Source: Actinomycetota bacterium
GTDB taxonomy: Bacteria; Actinomycetota; Thermoleophilia; Gaiellales; Gaiellaceae
DNA length: 64,000 nt
Reading direction: 5' to 3'
NCBI GenBank assembly: GCA_900299235.1
Contig: OMIZ01000160.1
Coordinates: 79-64,078 of the forward strand
Under the pieces are notes generated by a model. That model saw only the letters and a list, made by a program, of their open reading frames with translations, ran no database searches and was not told where the DNA came from. Positions within the stretch are counted from its first letter, which is position 1, and every line of letters starts with the position of its first letter. The position numbers and the translations under genes are program-made. Of this stretch, positions 18,961 through 28,148 are shown piece by piece.

Positions 18961-21387
18961 TTAGCCAGGCCTCACAGCGGCTGTAACGACTGCGGCGTAC
19001 ATCGCTTCGATCATTCGTGTGTTGCGCGCAGGATCGAAATGCACGAGGGCGTGCTCGCGACCAGCCTTCCCCATCGCGGCGCGCCGCGACGGGTCGGCGA
19101 CAAGGATGCGAAGCGCATCCGCAATTGCCGACGGTGTCGGGTTCTCCAGCAATAGACCAGTGACGTCGGGAACCATCACCCCGCCTCCATCGCGTGAGCC
19201 GCTTGCCACGACTGGCTTGCCGAACATCTCGGCTTCGAGAACCGGGCGGCCCAGACCGACTCCTTGGTTAGGGAAGGTCATCACGTCGATTGCCGAGTAG
19301 ATGAGCGCGGTGTCTGAGGTGTAGGGCAGGAAGGTGAAGTACGGAGACAGGCCACGTGCTTCCACCCGTGCGTGGAGAGCCGCCTCCTCGTCGGTCAGGA
19401 GGCCGCCGGCCTTCAGCAGGCGACCGGGCGGAGTCGCGAAGTACGACGTCGGTCTCACTCCACCGCCGATGATTACGAAGTGCGCGAGTGAGTGTTCGGC
19501 CGCGAGAATCGCTGCGGCATCGACGAGCTCAGGCCACCCTTTTTGGCGACGGACAAAGCCAGCGAAGCCGACCAGCACGCGGCCGTCGGGGAGGCCGAGT
19601 TCGGTGCGCGGAGGTGTCGGGCGCCGCTCCGAAATCACGACGCTGTTTGGGACGATCCGCACCGGGAGATCGATCGGGAACGTCGCTGCGACGTCGGTGT
19701 CGATTGCGACGGCCTCGTCGCCCCAACGCGTAATCAGCCGTGTGATCACCCGCGAACGTCGGTCGGTACCGCCGCCGGCGAGTGAGCTACGTAGATGCCA
19801 GATCACTCGTGCGCCCTGTCGCTTGGCGACGCAGGCGGCGGGGAGAAGTGGAGAGTCGTTCAAGTGCACGATGGGAAAGGCCTGTCGGCGTAGCACGCGG
19901 CGCAGGCCGATCACGTGCGCTGGCAGATTGAGAAGTTCGCGGCCGACGATGAGCCAACGGACACCGGCGTAAGGGCTATCCCAGGTGTGCGAGAAGATCG
20001 CGCTCCGCCCGGTATGAACGATCGCGCCCGCAGAGCGGAAGAGGTCAGCTGACGGGCCCTCGGGGACGAAGACGTTTGGCTCATATCGGTCTCGATCGAG
20101 GTTGCGGATGATGTGCGCGAGGCTCGTCGGCGCGCCACCGAGTTGGGAGCGATGGTGCACGTACAGAATCTTTGTTCGGGCTGCGTCCGAGGTGGCGCGT
20201 TCGTACATCGCCTCCATCCGGCGGGTTGAGATCTCGGGGCTGAAGTACGTTTCGGCGTGGTAGCGAGCGGCACGTCCCATTGCAGACGCGCGTTCCGGAT
20301 CGGCGACAAGTGACGAGATCGCATGCGCGAGGTCGCGCGGCTCGTTGCTTGTGAGGAGGCCTGTCACGCCGCTGACGAGGATCCCGCCTCCCGAACGTGA
20401 TCCCGTCGCGACGACCGGCACTCCTGCCGAGGCGGCTTCGATTACCGGACGACCGAGTTCCGGGCCGCGCGACGGTGCAACAACGACATCGCTTGCGCGG
20501 TACCGAAGGGACGTGTCGCGCGTGAACGGTACGAGCATGATCGCTTCGCCGATACCGGCGGCGTTGATCAGATCCCGCGTCTCGCGGTCGTAGTTTCGTG
20601 CGAGATCGAGGCGCCGCAGGAGCTTTCCGATCAATGTCTGGAAGAACGCATCACCGCGGACGGCACCGCCGACCATCATGAAGAGGGCATCGGGATGTTC
20701 TTTGAGCACGAGTTGGGCCGCGGTGATGAACTCGGCGAAGCCCTTCGAGGGGTACAGGAAGCCGAAGAACGACACGAGGGGACGATCAGGATCAAGTCCA
20801 AGCTCGCGGCGCGCCTCGGCGCGGGAGCCCGGTGTGAAGCGCTCGAGATCTGCGGAGTTCGGAATTACTTCCGAGGAGAGAGCAAAGCTCTCAGCGACAT
20901 CGGTGTTGATGGCGATCGAAGCGACCGAGATGCGCTTGATGAATGCTCGCAGCAGACGCGAGCGTCGTGACGGAATGCCGGGGAGAGCCGAACGCAAGTG
21001 CCAGATCACGGGGATGCGTCGGCGGTGTGCCAGGTAGCCCGCGACGACGAGAGGCGAGTCGTTCAGATGTACGACGTCGAACGCGTTGCGTGCAAGCAAG
21101 CGGTGAAACTGCACGGTGTGGGCGGGTAGACGGAGCAGCTCGCGCACGAAAAGCAGCCACCGCCGACCTCGGTAGACGCTCGCCCAGATGTGTGTGAAGC
21201 TCGCGACGACGCCTGTGTGCACGATCGCGCCTGACTTGCGAAAGAGGTCGGCTGCAGCGCCTGGCGGACAGAACACGTGTGCTTCGAAGCGTTCCTTGTC
21301 GAGGTTGTGCAGGATGTACGACAGGCTCGTAGGGGCGCCTCCGAGCTCGCTCCGGTGATGGACGTAGAGGATGCGTGTGCGTGTCAT
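18961..21387 (-). CDS. Bifunctional glycosyltransferase: tandem GT4-GT4 fusion (~808 aa)
   Basis: There are two complete GT4 modules with near-identical N-termini (TRILYVHHRSELGGAPTSLSYILHNLDKERFEAHVF and TKILYVHHRSQLGGAPTSLAHIIRNLDRDRYEPNVF). The domain boundary lies near 20180. The start is set at ATG 21387 (MTRTRILYV) because the 21588 extension overlaps the divergent gene. Confidence 0.8.
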   Translation of the reverse strand: MTRTRILYVHHRSELGGAPTSLSYILHNLDKERFEAHVFCPPGAAADLFRKSGAIVHTGVVASFTHIWASVYRGRRWLLFVRELLRLPAHTVQFHRLLARNAFDVVHLNDSPLVVAGYLAHRRRIPVIWHLRSALPGIPSRRSRLLRAFIKRISVASIAINTDVAESFALSSEVIPNSADLERFTPGSRAEARRELGLDPDRPLVSFFGFLYPSKGFAEFITAAQLVLKEHPDALFMMVGGAVRGDAFFQTLIGKLLRRLDLARNYDRETRDLINAAGIGEAIMLVPFTRDTSLRYRASDVVVAPSRGPELGRPVIEAASAGVPVVATGSRSGGGILVSGVTGLLTSNEPRDLAHAISSLVADPERASAMGRAARYHAETYFSPEISTRRMEAMYERATSDAARTKILYVHHRSQLGGAPTSLAHIIRNLDRDRYEPNVFVPEGPSADLFRSAGAIVHTGRSAIFSHTWDSPYAGVRWLIVGRELLNLPAHVIGLRRVLRRQAFPIVHLNDSPLLPAACVAKRQGARVIWHLRSSLAGGGTDRRSRVITRLITRWGDEAVAIDTDVAATFPIDLPVRIVPNSVVISERRPTPPRTELGLPDGRVLVGFAGFVRRQKGWPELVDAAAILAAEHSLAHFVIIGGGVRPTSYFATPPGRLLKAGGLLTDEEAALHARVEARGLSPYFTFLPYTSDTALIYSAIDVMTFPNQGVGLGRPVLEAEMFGKPVVASGSRDGGGVMVPDVTGLLLENPTPSAIADALRILVADPSRRAAMGKAGREHALVHFDPARNTRMIEAMYAAVVTAAVRPG

Positions 21388-21438
21388 ACGTGTGCCCTTT
21401 GAGGTGAACGGTGGAGCGAGCAGGCATCCTAATCCCGC
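21388..21438. promoter_or_regulatory. Divergent intergenic region (GT4-GT4 fusion / GT4)
   Basis: This is a 51-nt gap between divergent starts once the 21588 start is rejected. The promoters probably extend into coding DNA. Confidence 0.25.
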
Positions 21439-22578
21439 ATGGGCGACCGTATCGATCCGACACTCCTCCTCGTCAGCCGTCGAGCGTTTTATCCCGTGCA
21501 CGCTGCGGTGCTGCGGGAGCTCGCTTCCCGCTACATCGTGGATGTCGTAGTACTCGGGGCGGCGGAGGCAGACGTGCCTGACGTTCATCGCAGCCTTGGC
21601 TGGGCGTCGCCTACCCAGCTCCGAGAGCAGGGGATCGGAGTCGAACTCCTACCTGCTGCCGGGTCGACGTGGGCCGACGATGCCGAGGCTATTCGCACGT
21701 GTCTTGCGTCAGTAGATCCCGATCTCGTGTGGGTGCAAGAAGAACCCGTCGACCTGATCACGCTTGAAGTGCTTGCGACCTACCGTCGTACTCCGCGGCG
21801 TCCCCGCATCGGGTGTGCGGTGTGCGAGAACATTTTTTCGCGGGGGGACGTTCGAACGCGACTTCGGCGTCGGCACCTCTGGCCACGGCTAGATGTGCTG
21901 CTTGCCGTGGCGCAGGAATCCGCACAGGGCATACGAGCTGTCGGAATGCCCCGATCGATCCCGAGCGTCGACCTTGTGGCCGGTATCGATGCACCCGGCG
22001 ACCTTGAGCCCGCGAGGCGCCGTCGCGATGACGAACGATTCCGCGTCGGGTTTGTTGGACGTCTCGTGCCCGAGAAGGGGTGGTACGACGCCGTCGCAGC
22101 AGTCGCAGCTGTACCGGATGCGTTGCTCGCGATCGCTGGTGATGGGCCTGAGTCGAGTGCCCTCACAACGGCGCTCGCGTCATCAGCACTCAAGGGCCGT
22201 GCCGATTACGTGGGCCTTCTTGCGAAAGACGAACTCTGGGCCTTTTACCGGTCGCTCGACTGCCTCGTGGTTCCGTCCAAGACAACCGAGCGCTGGAAAG
22301 AGCAGTTCGGGGCGGTGATCGCCGATGCGTTCGCCTGCGGTGTGCCAGTCGTTGGCTACGACAGTGGCGCGATTCCCGAGGTGATCGGTGAGGCCGGCCT
22401 CATCATCCCCGAAGGGGATGTCGAGGGCTTGGTGCGGGGGCTCGTCACGTTGCGCGATGACGACATGCTACGAGCGAAGCTCGCCCATGCCGGCCGCGAA
22501 CGCTACGAGCGTGAGTTCTCGGTCGAGGCCTACGCGCGCAAGGTTGCCGCGGCGTTTGGTCTTGCGCCGCGTGTCTAG
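21439..22578 (+). CDS. Glycosyltransferase, GT4 family
   Basis: The C-terminal half reads FVGRLVPEKGW...LVVPSKTTERWKEQFGAVIADAFACGVPVVGYDSGAIPEVI, an EX7E-type region. Confidence 0.75.
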   Translation: MGDRIDPTLLLVSRRAFYPVHAAVLRELASRYIVDVVVLGAAEADVPDVHRSLGWASPTQLREQGIGVELLPAAGSTWADDAEAIRTCLASVDPDLVWVQEEPVDLITLEVLATYRRTPRRPRIGCAVCENIFSRGDVRTRLRRRHLWPRLDVLLAVAQESAQGIRAVGMPRSIPSVDLVAGIDAPGDLEPARRRRDDERFRVGFVGRLVPEKGWYDAVAAVAAVPDALLAIAGDGPESSALTTALASSALKGRADYVGLLAKDELWAFYRSLDCLVVPSKTTERWKEQFGAVIADAFACGVPVVGYDSGAIPEVIGEAGLIIPEGDVEGLVRGLVTLRDDDMLRAKLAHAGRERYEREFSVEAYARKVAAAFGLAPRV

Positions 22579-23828
22579 TAGCGCGAGTCGGTAGCGTCGC
22601 CCTCGTCGAGGGCGTATTGCAGCAGGCGGTCGAGCTTCGCAGGATCGAGGCGGGCGTCGCTGCCATGACCTAGATCGTCGGCGAACGTGTACCAGTGCTC
22701 GATTCCGAGGCTTGCTGAGGCGCGCGCGACCCCGTGGTCAAACAATCGTGGATTGAGCACCTCGATCACCTTCGACCCGGCCTCCATGAACAAGGCGTTG
22801 TGGTTACCCGCACCGTGGTAGCCGGCGAGGATCGCCGTCTCAGCGAAGAGGAGCACCTGCTCGCGTGGCGAGAGTTCCTCGGGTCGGATGGTCTCGAAGC
22901 CGTGCCGGACGAGGACGGGAATTAGCTCGTCCTCGTTGACAATTGACCGGCGGACACCTGCACGGCTGAGCCACACGCGTCGGGAAGGGATCGTCGCTTC
23001 TGGATGGCCGGCACCTCGTCGGATCGTCGCCCGTAGCTCTTCAAGGAGGTCATGTCGCGGCACGATCGATCGTGCCGCGGCGTGGAGGAGCGTGAGATGC
23101 TCGACGCGGTACCAGCCGGGGGAGACGGGGCGGAGGGCGTTCTCGACGACGCCTGCGAGGAGTGGGAATTCGCGGTGGAAAGGAAGCATGGGTTGGGGGA
23201 CGATCACGCGCGTATCTGGCGGGAGAGGGCCGGCGAGCGCAAGGCGCGGCAGGGCGTCCATCAGCCAGTGTGCGTAGTTGAGTTCGCCGTCCCAGGTGAG
23301 CAGTGAGATGTGGCGCCCGGCGAGGTAGGGGATCTCGGGCCCAGGTCGCGGAAAGGCGCATGGGCGGCCGGTAAAGAGTGACTGGGCCACGAACCGTCCA
23401 TCGGCGGAGAGAACCGCCCCTTCCGGTGCGTAGATGAGGGCGTCGGCGATCTCGCAGCTGAACGCTTCGTCCACGGGATACCGCGTGTACGCCGCCAGGC
23501 TTGAAAAGTAGATTTCCGCCGCGTCACGACTGCGAGCCTCGACGGCTGCACGGTGGTTGCTGACGAGCGATCGACCGGCGAGCACAAGGGCGAGCGTGTC
23601 CTCCTGGAGCGCACGAGATGGCGCTCGCGTCTCGTAGGTCGCCGGCCGGAGGGGGCGATAGGCGAGGCCTGCTGCGGCGCCGTCGGCGCGGACATCTTCG
23701 ATCGCCGACGGTGTGAAGATCTCGGCGGCACCACCTGCGCGTCGGTACGCACGCTGCGCAAGCCACGGCAGAAGGTGCCGACGGGCAAGTCGGCTCGAGA
23801 GCACGCGGTGCTTGAGTGTGCCGATCAT
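22575..23828 (-). CDS. GT61/DUF563-like glycosyltransferase
   Basis: The C-terminal block NEDELIPVLVRHGFETIRPEELSPREQVLLFAETAILAGYHGAGNHNALFMEAGSKVIEVLNP matches the DUF563 signature as I remember it. ATG 23828 overlaps the upstream TGA (ATGA). Confidence 0.65.
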   Translation of the reverse strand: MIGTLKHRVLSSRLARRHLLPWLAQRAYRRAGGAAEIFTPSAIEDVRADGAAAGLAYRPLRPATYETRAPSRALQEDTLALVLAGRSLVSNHRAAVEARSRDAAEIYFSSLAAYTRYPVDEAFSCEIADALIYAPEGAVLSADGRFVAQSLFTGRPCAFPRPGPEIPYLAGRHISLLTWDGELNYAHWLMDALPRLALAGPLPPDTRVIVPQPMLPFHREFPLLAGVVENALRPVSPGWYRVEHLTLLHAAARSIVPRHDLLEELRATIRRGAGHPEATIPSRRVWLSRAGVRRSIVNEDELIPVLVRHGFETIRPEELSPREQVLLFAETAILAGYHGAGNHNALFMEAGSKVIEVLNPRLFDHGVARASASLGIEHWYTFADDLGHGSDARLDPAKLDRLLQYALDEGDATDSRY

Positions 23829-24817
23829 CGAACTACAGCGTTCCTGATTGCGGCGACCGGAGCGAGTGGATCGAGGCGCGTTACGTTCGCGATCAGCGCT
23901 CGATCGGTGAGAATCGAGCGCGGTGCCGCTGCGGCGAGTCGCCGAGCCACGCGTCGGCACTCTCGGTGGATGCTGCGCTCACTTCGACGCCCTCTCAGCT
24001 GGTGGAGTGCTTTGAGGAGCAGTCGTGCTCCGGCCCGTTCCTCCAGGCTCAAATGCCGCGGGAATCCCTGCGTGAGTACCCGCGCAGCGCTCAGTTCTGC
24101 GTCGTCAGCCTCGATCCCAAGCGTGGCGAGGTTCCGTCGCGCGACGATGCTCGCGGCTCGCTCTTGGCGCTGAGCCCGCGTGCTGCTCACCTGCCCGGGG
24201 TGGATGCGATACGCGACAAGTGCCTTGGGAATGTTCGCGCCGTTACCGAGCGTGAGCAGGTCGCACCAGAGTCCGTAATCCTCGCTCGGCTCAAGCGATG
24301 GGTCATAGGCATGGCCGAGCGTGGCAATGTCGCGCCTTCGGAATGCGACGCTTGAGTGAGCGAAGGGATTCTGGAAGAGAGCACGGACGCGAATCTCGGC
24401 GTCGCTTCGTGGCTGTCGATCGATTCGAATGGGGGCTCCGGCATCGTCGATCACCTCGATGTCAGACCCGACAATCGCTAGTCGCTCATCGCTTCTGAGC
24501 CTGGCGACCTGGGCCGCTATCCGTCCTGGACGGGAGAGATCGTCGGCATCCTGACGAACGAGGATCTCTCCACGTGCGTGTTCGATCGCGATGTTCAGCG
24601 CTTTGGTGTAACCCCCGTTGTGCGGGAGGGTGATCACGGTAAGGCGGTGATCATCGAATTGGGCGAGGATGCGTTGCGTGGTATCGGTTGAGCCGTCGTC
24701 GACCACGAGCAGTTCAAGATCTACGAACGTCTGCCGGAGAATCGACGCGACAGCATCCGCGACGTAGGCCTCAGCGTTGTATGCGGGCATGAGCACGCTG
24801 ACCGTGGGTGCGGTCAC
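23825..24817 (-). CDS. Glycosyltransferase, GT2 family
   Basis: VSVLMPAYNAEAYVADAVASILRQTFVDLELLVVDDGSTD is the GT-A N-terminus and DADD is the DxD motif. GTG 24817 overlaps the upstream TGA (GTGA); the listed 24859 start would overlap by 46 nt. Confidence 0.8.
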   Translation of the reverse strand: MTAPTVSVLMPAYNAEAYVADAVASILRQTFVDLELLVVDDGSTDTTQRILAQFDDHRLTVITLPHNGGYTKALNIAIEHARGEILVRQDADDLSRPGRIAAQVARLRSDERLAIVGSDIEVIDDAGAPIRIDRQPRSDAEIRVRALFQNPFAHSSVAFRRRDIATLGHAYDPSLEPSEDYGLWCDLLTLGNGANIPKALVAYRIHPGQVSSTRAQRQERAASIVARRNLATLGIEADDAELSAARVLTQGFPRHLSLEERAGARLLLKALHQLRGRRSERSIHRECRRVARRLAAAAPRSILTDRALIANVTRLDPLAPVAAIRNAVVR

Positions 24818-25905
24818 CGGACAAGCTCCGAGAACACTGCGAGGTGTCGTTCGGTCCATGCTGCGAGATCAAATCGCTCGATCGCTCGCAGGCGCGCGGC
24901 GCGCGCGTACCTCTCGCGGTGGTCGGCGATTTCGAGAACAGCCCGAGCTAGGTCGGCAGGAGCTGGTGGTGTGTCAGCATCCCAGGTCGCGCTTGACGCC
25001 ACGCCGATGCCGGCGTCATCACCCACAAGTTCGGGTACCCCGCCACTCATTGAATGCACTACGGGAAGCCCACATGCCATCGCCTCGATAACGAGTGATG
25101 GGCACGGGTCGTTGACCTTCGTGTGCAGCAGGATGTGCGCGTCGCCGAGGATGCGCGGGGCGTCCACCTGGCTATACGGCCCGAGGAAGTGGACACGGTC
25201 ACGGATGCCGAGCTCAGCGAGTAGAGCCTCAGCTTGGTGCGCTGCCTCAGCTTCGGCCGCAAAGCGGAGTCGTCCCGTCACAAAGAGCTCCGCGTCCGGG
25301 CGATCGGCATGAACGAGTGCAAGCGTGCGAGCCGCCGTTTCGAAGCGGTAACGCTGGAACTGATCGCCACCAAGCAGGAGTCGGAGCCCGGGCTTTGCCG
25401 GGCGCGCCGGTGGTGAAAACCGTGTCGTGTCGACCGCGTTGTAGAGGATCTCGAAGCGCGCGTCGCGGGGGCCGAGAAACCGATCCGCCGACGCCTTGCA
25501 GAAGGCGCTTTGGAAGAAGACGTAGTCGCATTGGTGTAGCAACTCGGCGAGCGGCGCGTTGATCTCGTCGGTCGTGGTGCCAGCCCACGCGGGGTAGGCG
25601 ACACCGTTCTGATTTACCACCACGATCGCCCCGCGCGAGCGAGCACGGGTGACAGCTTCACGCCAGTCCGGCGCAAGGCTGCTCGATCCGAGATAGAGCA
25701 CGTTGAACCGAAACCCGTGGTGCGGGAGCGTTTCCGCGAGTCGCTGAAACTTGATGATCCCGCCGCCGGTCGGCACGTCCGGCGGCGGGATTGCTTCGGT
25801 TCCATAGGACACACGTACAGAGGGCGCCCGCACAGACGGAGTTAGTCGTGTCGCGAGGGCGGCGACGCGACCTTTCGCTGCTCGAGCGACGCCGCGCCCA
25901 GTCAA
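24814..25905 (-). CDS. Glycosyltransferase, GT4 family
   Basis: The C-terminal motif is DPCPSLVIEAMACGLPVVHSMSGGVPELV. The TTG start overlaps the upstream TGA (TTGA), so the N-terminus is uncertain. Confidence 0.75.
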   Translation of the reverse strand: MTGRGVARAAKGRVAALATRLTPSVRAPSVRVSYGTEAIPPPDVPTGGGIIKFQRLAETLPHHGFRFNVLYLGSSSLAPDWREAVTRARSRGAIVVVNQNGVAYPAWAGTTTDEINAPLAELLHQCDYVFFQSAFCKASADRFLGPRDARFEILYNAVDTTRFSPPARPAKPGLRLLLGGDQFQRYRFETAARTLALVHADRPDAELFVTGRLRFAAEAEAAHQAEALLAELGIRDRVHFLGPYSQVDAPRILGDAHILLHTKVNDPCPSLVIEAMACGLPVVHSMSGGVPELVGDDAGIGVASSATWDADTPPAPADLARAVLEIADHRERYARAARLRAIERFDLAAWTERHLAVFSELVR

Positions 25906-26981
25906 CGGGCTACCTGCTCGAAGATCGCAAGCGTTTGTTGGCGCATCTGTTCGGCTGAGAAGTGCGTTGCTACATGCGCGCGGCCGGCGCGACCGAGAGT
26001 GCGGCGCAATGCTGGATCGTTGCGCAGACGGATGAGCGCGTCTGCAAGGTCACGGGGTGAGTCGTGCTGCACGAGCAGGCCGTTCTTTCCGTCGTCGATG
26101 AGTGCGGGGAGGCCGCCAACCGCGCTTGCAACCACCGGACGCGAGGCTGCCATGGCTTCGAGCGCGACGAGAGGAAGGCCCTCATCGCGGGAGGGGAGCA
26201 CCGTTCCCTGAGCCTCCTTAATCAGGTCGGCGAGGTCGCTTCGGTGGCCGAGGAATTCGACCCGAGTCGCCAGGCCAAGGTCATCAACACGGCGCTCCAA
26301 CTCCTGCCGAAACACTCCACCTTCGAGGTCGTCGCCCACAAGGCGCACGCGAACATCATTGGGTGTTAGCGCGAGCGCTTCGATCAGGACGTCCTGTCCT
26401 TTCACGGCGGCGAGACGCGCCGGGCACACGAGCGTCAGGCCCTCCTGTTCGGGAGGGTCGGAGTCAGGGGCGAGTGCGACACCGTTGTGGATAACACGGA
26501 TCCGGTCTGCTCGAGCACCTGCGGCAATCAGATGGTCGCGAATCGGATCTGACACTGCGATGAAGGCCGCCGGAATTCGGATTGTCGCATGCTCGATTCC
26601 GCGCTGAAGATATGCGATGGGCGGTCGAGCGCTGTAGTGCTCGACGATGTGTGCGTGCTGGACGAGGGGGATGCGGGCGAACGACGCAGCGAGGCGCGCA
26701 AGCTGGTTGCCGACGTACAACGTGTGCGTATTGACGACGTCGCACTGTGCGCGTTTGAGCGTTCGAGCAAACGCCCGCGCCTGGTCGATGCGGTAGCTTC
26801 GGCGAAGCGGGAGGCGGGCCACTGCGATCCCGTCCTCCTCAAGCCGTGCAGCCATTGGCCCGCCCGTTGGTAGGTAGGCGAGTGGCGTACCGCCCGCGTC
26901 ACGCACACCACGCATCAGTTCATGTGCGACCACTTGGCCACCCGTGACGTTGCCGTCGATGAGAAGAAACGCGACGTTCAT
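25902..26981 (-). CDS. Glycosyltransferase, GT4 family
   Basis: MNVAFLLIDGNVTGGQVV is the N-terminus. The acceptor/donor region reads LPSRDEGLPLVALEAMAASRPVVASAVGGLPALIDDGKNGLLV. Confidence 0.85.
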   Translation of the reverse strand: MNVAFLLIDGNVTGGQVVAHELMRGVRDAGGTPLAYLPTGGPMAARLEEDGIAVARLPLRRSYRIDQARAFARTLKRAQCDVVNTHTLYVGNQLARLAASFARIPLVQHAHIVEHYSARPPIAYLQRGIEHATIRIPAAFIAVSDPIRDHLIAAGARADRIRVIHNGVALAPDSDPPEQEGLTLVCPARLAAVKGQDVLIEALALTPNDVRVRLVGDDLEGGVFRQELERRVDDLGLATRVEFLGHRSDLADLIKEAQGTVLPSRDEGLPLVALEAMAASRPVVASAVGGLPALIDDGKNGLLVQHDSPRDLADALIRLRNDPALRRTLGRAGRAHVATHFSAEQMRQQTLAIFEQVAR

Positions 26982-27083
26982 CGGCCCGCTGTCATTGGCC
27001 TGCGCGGTGCCGACCGCGGAAGGTCAGAGGACACAGGACTAGTATAAGAGGCCACCCGATGAGTCTTCCGGGTCGCGACGCTC
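26982..27083. promoter_or_regulatory. Divergent intergenic region (GT4 operon / SDR-GT4 operon)
   Basis: This is a 102-nt gap. A TANNNT-type hexamer TAGTAT lies at 27050-27055, 28 nt upstream of ATG 27084, in the most AT-rich patch (ACTAGTATAAGAG). Confidence 0.3.
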
Positions 27084-28148
27084 ATGAAATGGATCATCAC
27101 CGGTATTGCCGGTTTCATCGGATGTAACACCGCTCGTCTCCTCGCGGAGCGCGGAGATGTCGTCGTCGGCATCGACGACCTCTCGCGGCCGGGCGCCGAC
27201 CTCAATCTGCGGTGGCTGAACGAGCAGGGCGCGATCGCCGAGTTTCACACGACGGACGTGCGTGACACGGCCGAGCTTGCAGCAGTCTTCGCTGCGCACG
27301 GCGACGCTCAGGCCGTACTTCATCTCGCCGGTCAAGTCGCCGTCACGACATCGATCCGGGCACCGCGCGCTGATTTTGAGATCAACGCTCTCGGAACGTT
27401 CAATGTCTGTGAGGCTGTGCGCCTCCACACGCCCGACGCGCTACTGATCAATGCGTCGACAAACAAGGTGTACGGCGCTGATACAGGTGCGCTCGAAATA
27501 CGCGACGGGCGGTGGTTCGACCCAGCTGCGCCGGACGGGACGCGCGAGGATCGACCGCTCGATTTCCAGTCGCCCTATGCGTGCTCAAAGGGTGCTGCCG
27601 ATCAGTACGTGCTCGACTACCACCGCAGCTTCGGGGTGAAGACCGTGTCGCTCCGCCAGTCGTGCATCTTTGGCCCTCGGCAATACGGCATCGAAGATCA
27701 GGGCTGGGTTGCCTGGCTGAGCCTCGCCGCCCTCTCGGAACTCCCCTTCACGATCTACGGTGACGGTCGGCAGGTGCGCGACCTCCTGTTTGTCGACGAT
27801 CTCGTTGACCTCTACATCCGATGCGCCGAACACGCTGACGTCGTTGCGGGTACAGCGATCAATGCAGGGGGCGGGCCGAACAACGTCCTGTCCCTTCTTG
27901 AGCTAATCGCATATCTGGAGCAGCGGCTGGGAAGATCGCCGAGCTTCACGTTCGACGAGCCGCGCCTCGGAGATCAGAAGGTGTTTGTTGCGGATGTCGC
28001 GCGCGCAAATGCGCTGCTCGGTTGGCAGCCCACGGTCACGGTTCGCGAGGGACTCGATCGGCTGCTCGACTGGCTCGGTGAGCACCGCCACGAAGTGGCT
28101 GAGATCGTCGGCAGTCGTCGCCTCGATGCCCACGCCTCGACTGACTGA
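27084..28148 (+). CDS. NAD-dependent sugar-nucleotide epimerase/dehydratase (extended SDR; CDP-paratose-2-epimerase-like by motif)
   Basis: MKWIITGIAGFIGCN is the GxxGxxG motif and YACSK is the YxxxK. SCIFGPRQYGIEDQGWVAWL is also present. Confidence 0.85.
   Translation: MKWIITGIAGFIGCNTARLLAERGDVVVGIDDLSRPGADLNLRWLNEQGAIAEFHTTDVRDTAELAAVFAAHGDAQAVLHLAGQVAVTTSIRAPRADFEINALGTFNVCEAVRLHTPDALLINASTNKVYGADTGALEIRDGRWFDPAAPDGTREDRPLDFQSPYACSKGAADQYVLDYHRSFGVKTVSLRQSCIFGPRQYGIEDQGWVAWLSLAALSELPFTIYGDGRQVRDLLFVDDLVDLYIRCAEHADVVAGTAINAGGGPNNVLSLLELIAYLEQRLGRSPSFTFDEPRLGDQKVFVADVARANALLGWQPTVTVREGLDRLLDWLGEHRHEVAEIVGSRRLDAHASTD

Noticed and set aside
21388-21588. 67-codon N-terminal extension of the GT4-GT4 fusion (ORF-track start at 21588)
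   Set aside because: The extension overlaps the divergent GT4 gene starting at 21439 and has no GT4 features. The internal ATG at 21387 gives the canonical MTRTRILYVHH N-terminus, which matches the start of the second domain.
27050-27055. TAGTAT as a defined -10 promoter element
   Set aside because: It fits TANNNT and sits 28 nt upstream of the ATG, but there is no supporting -35 or experimental anchor. I kept it only as a note within the intergenic-region feature.
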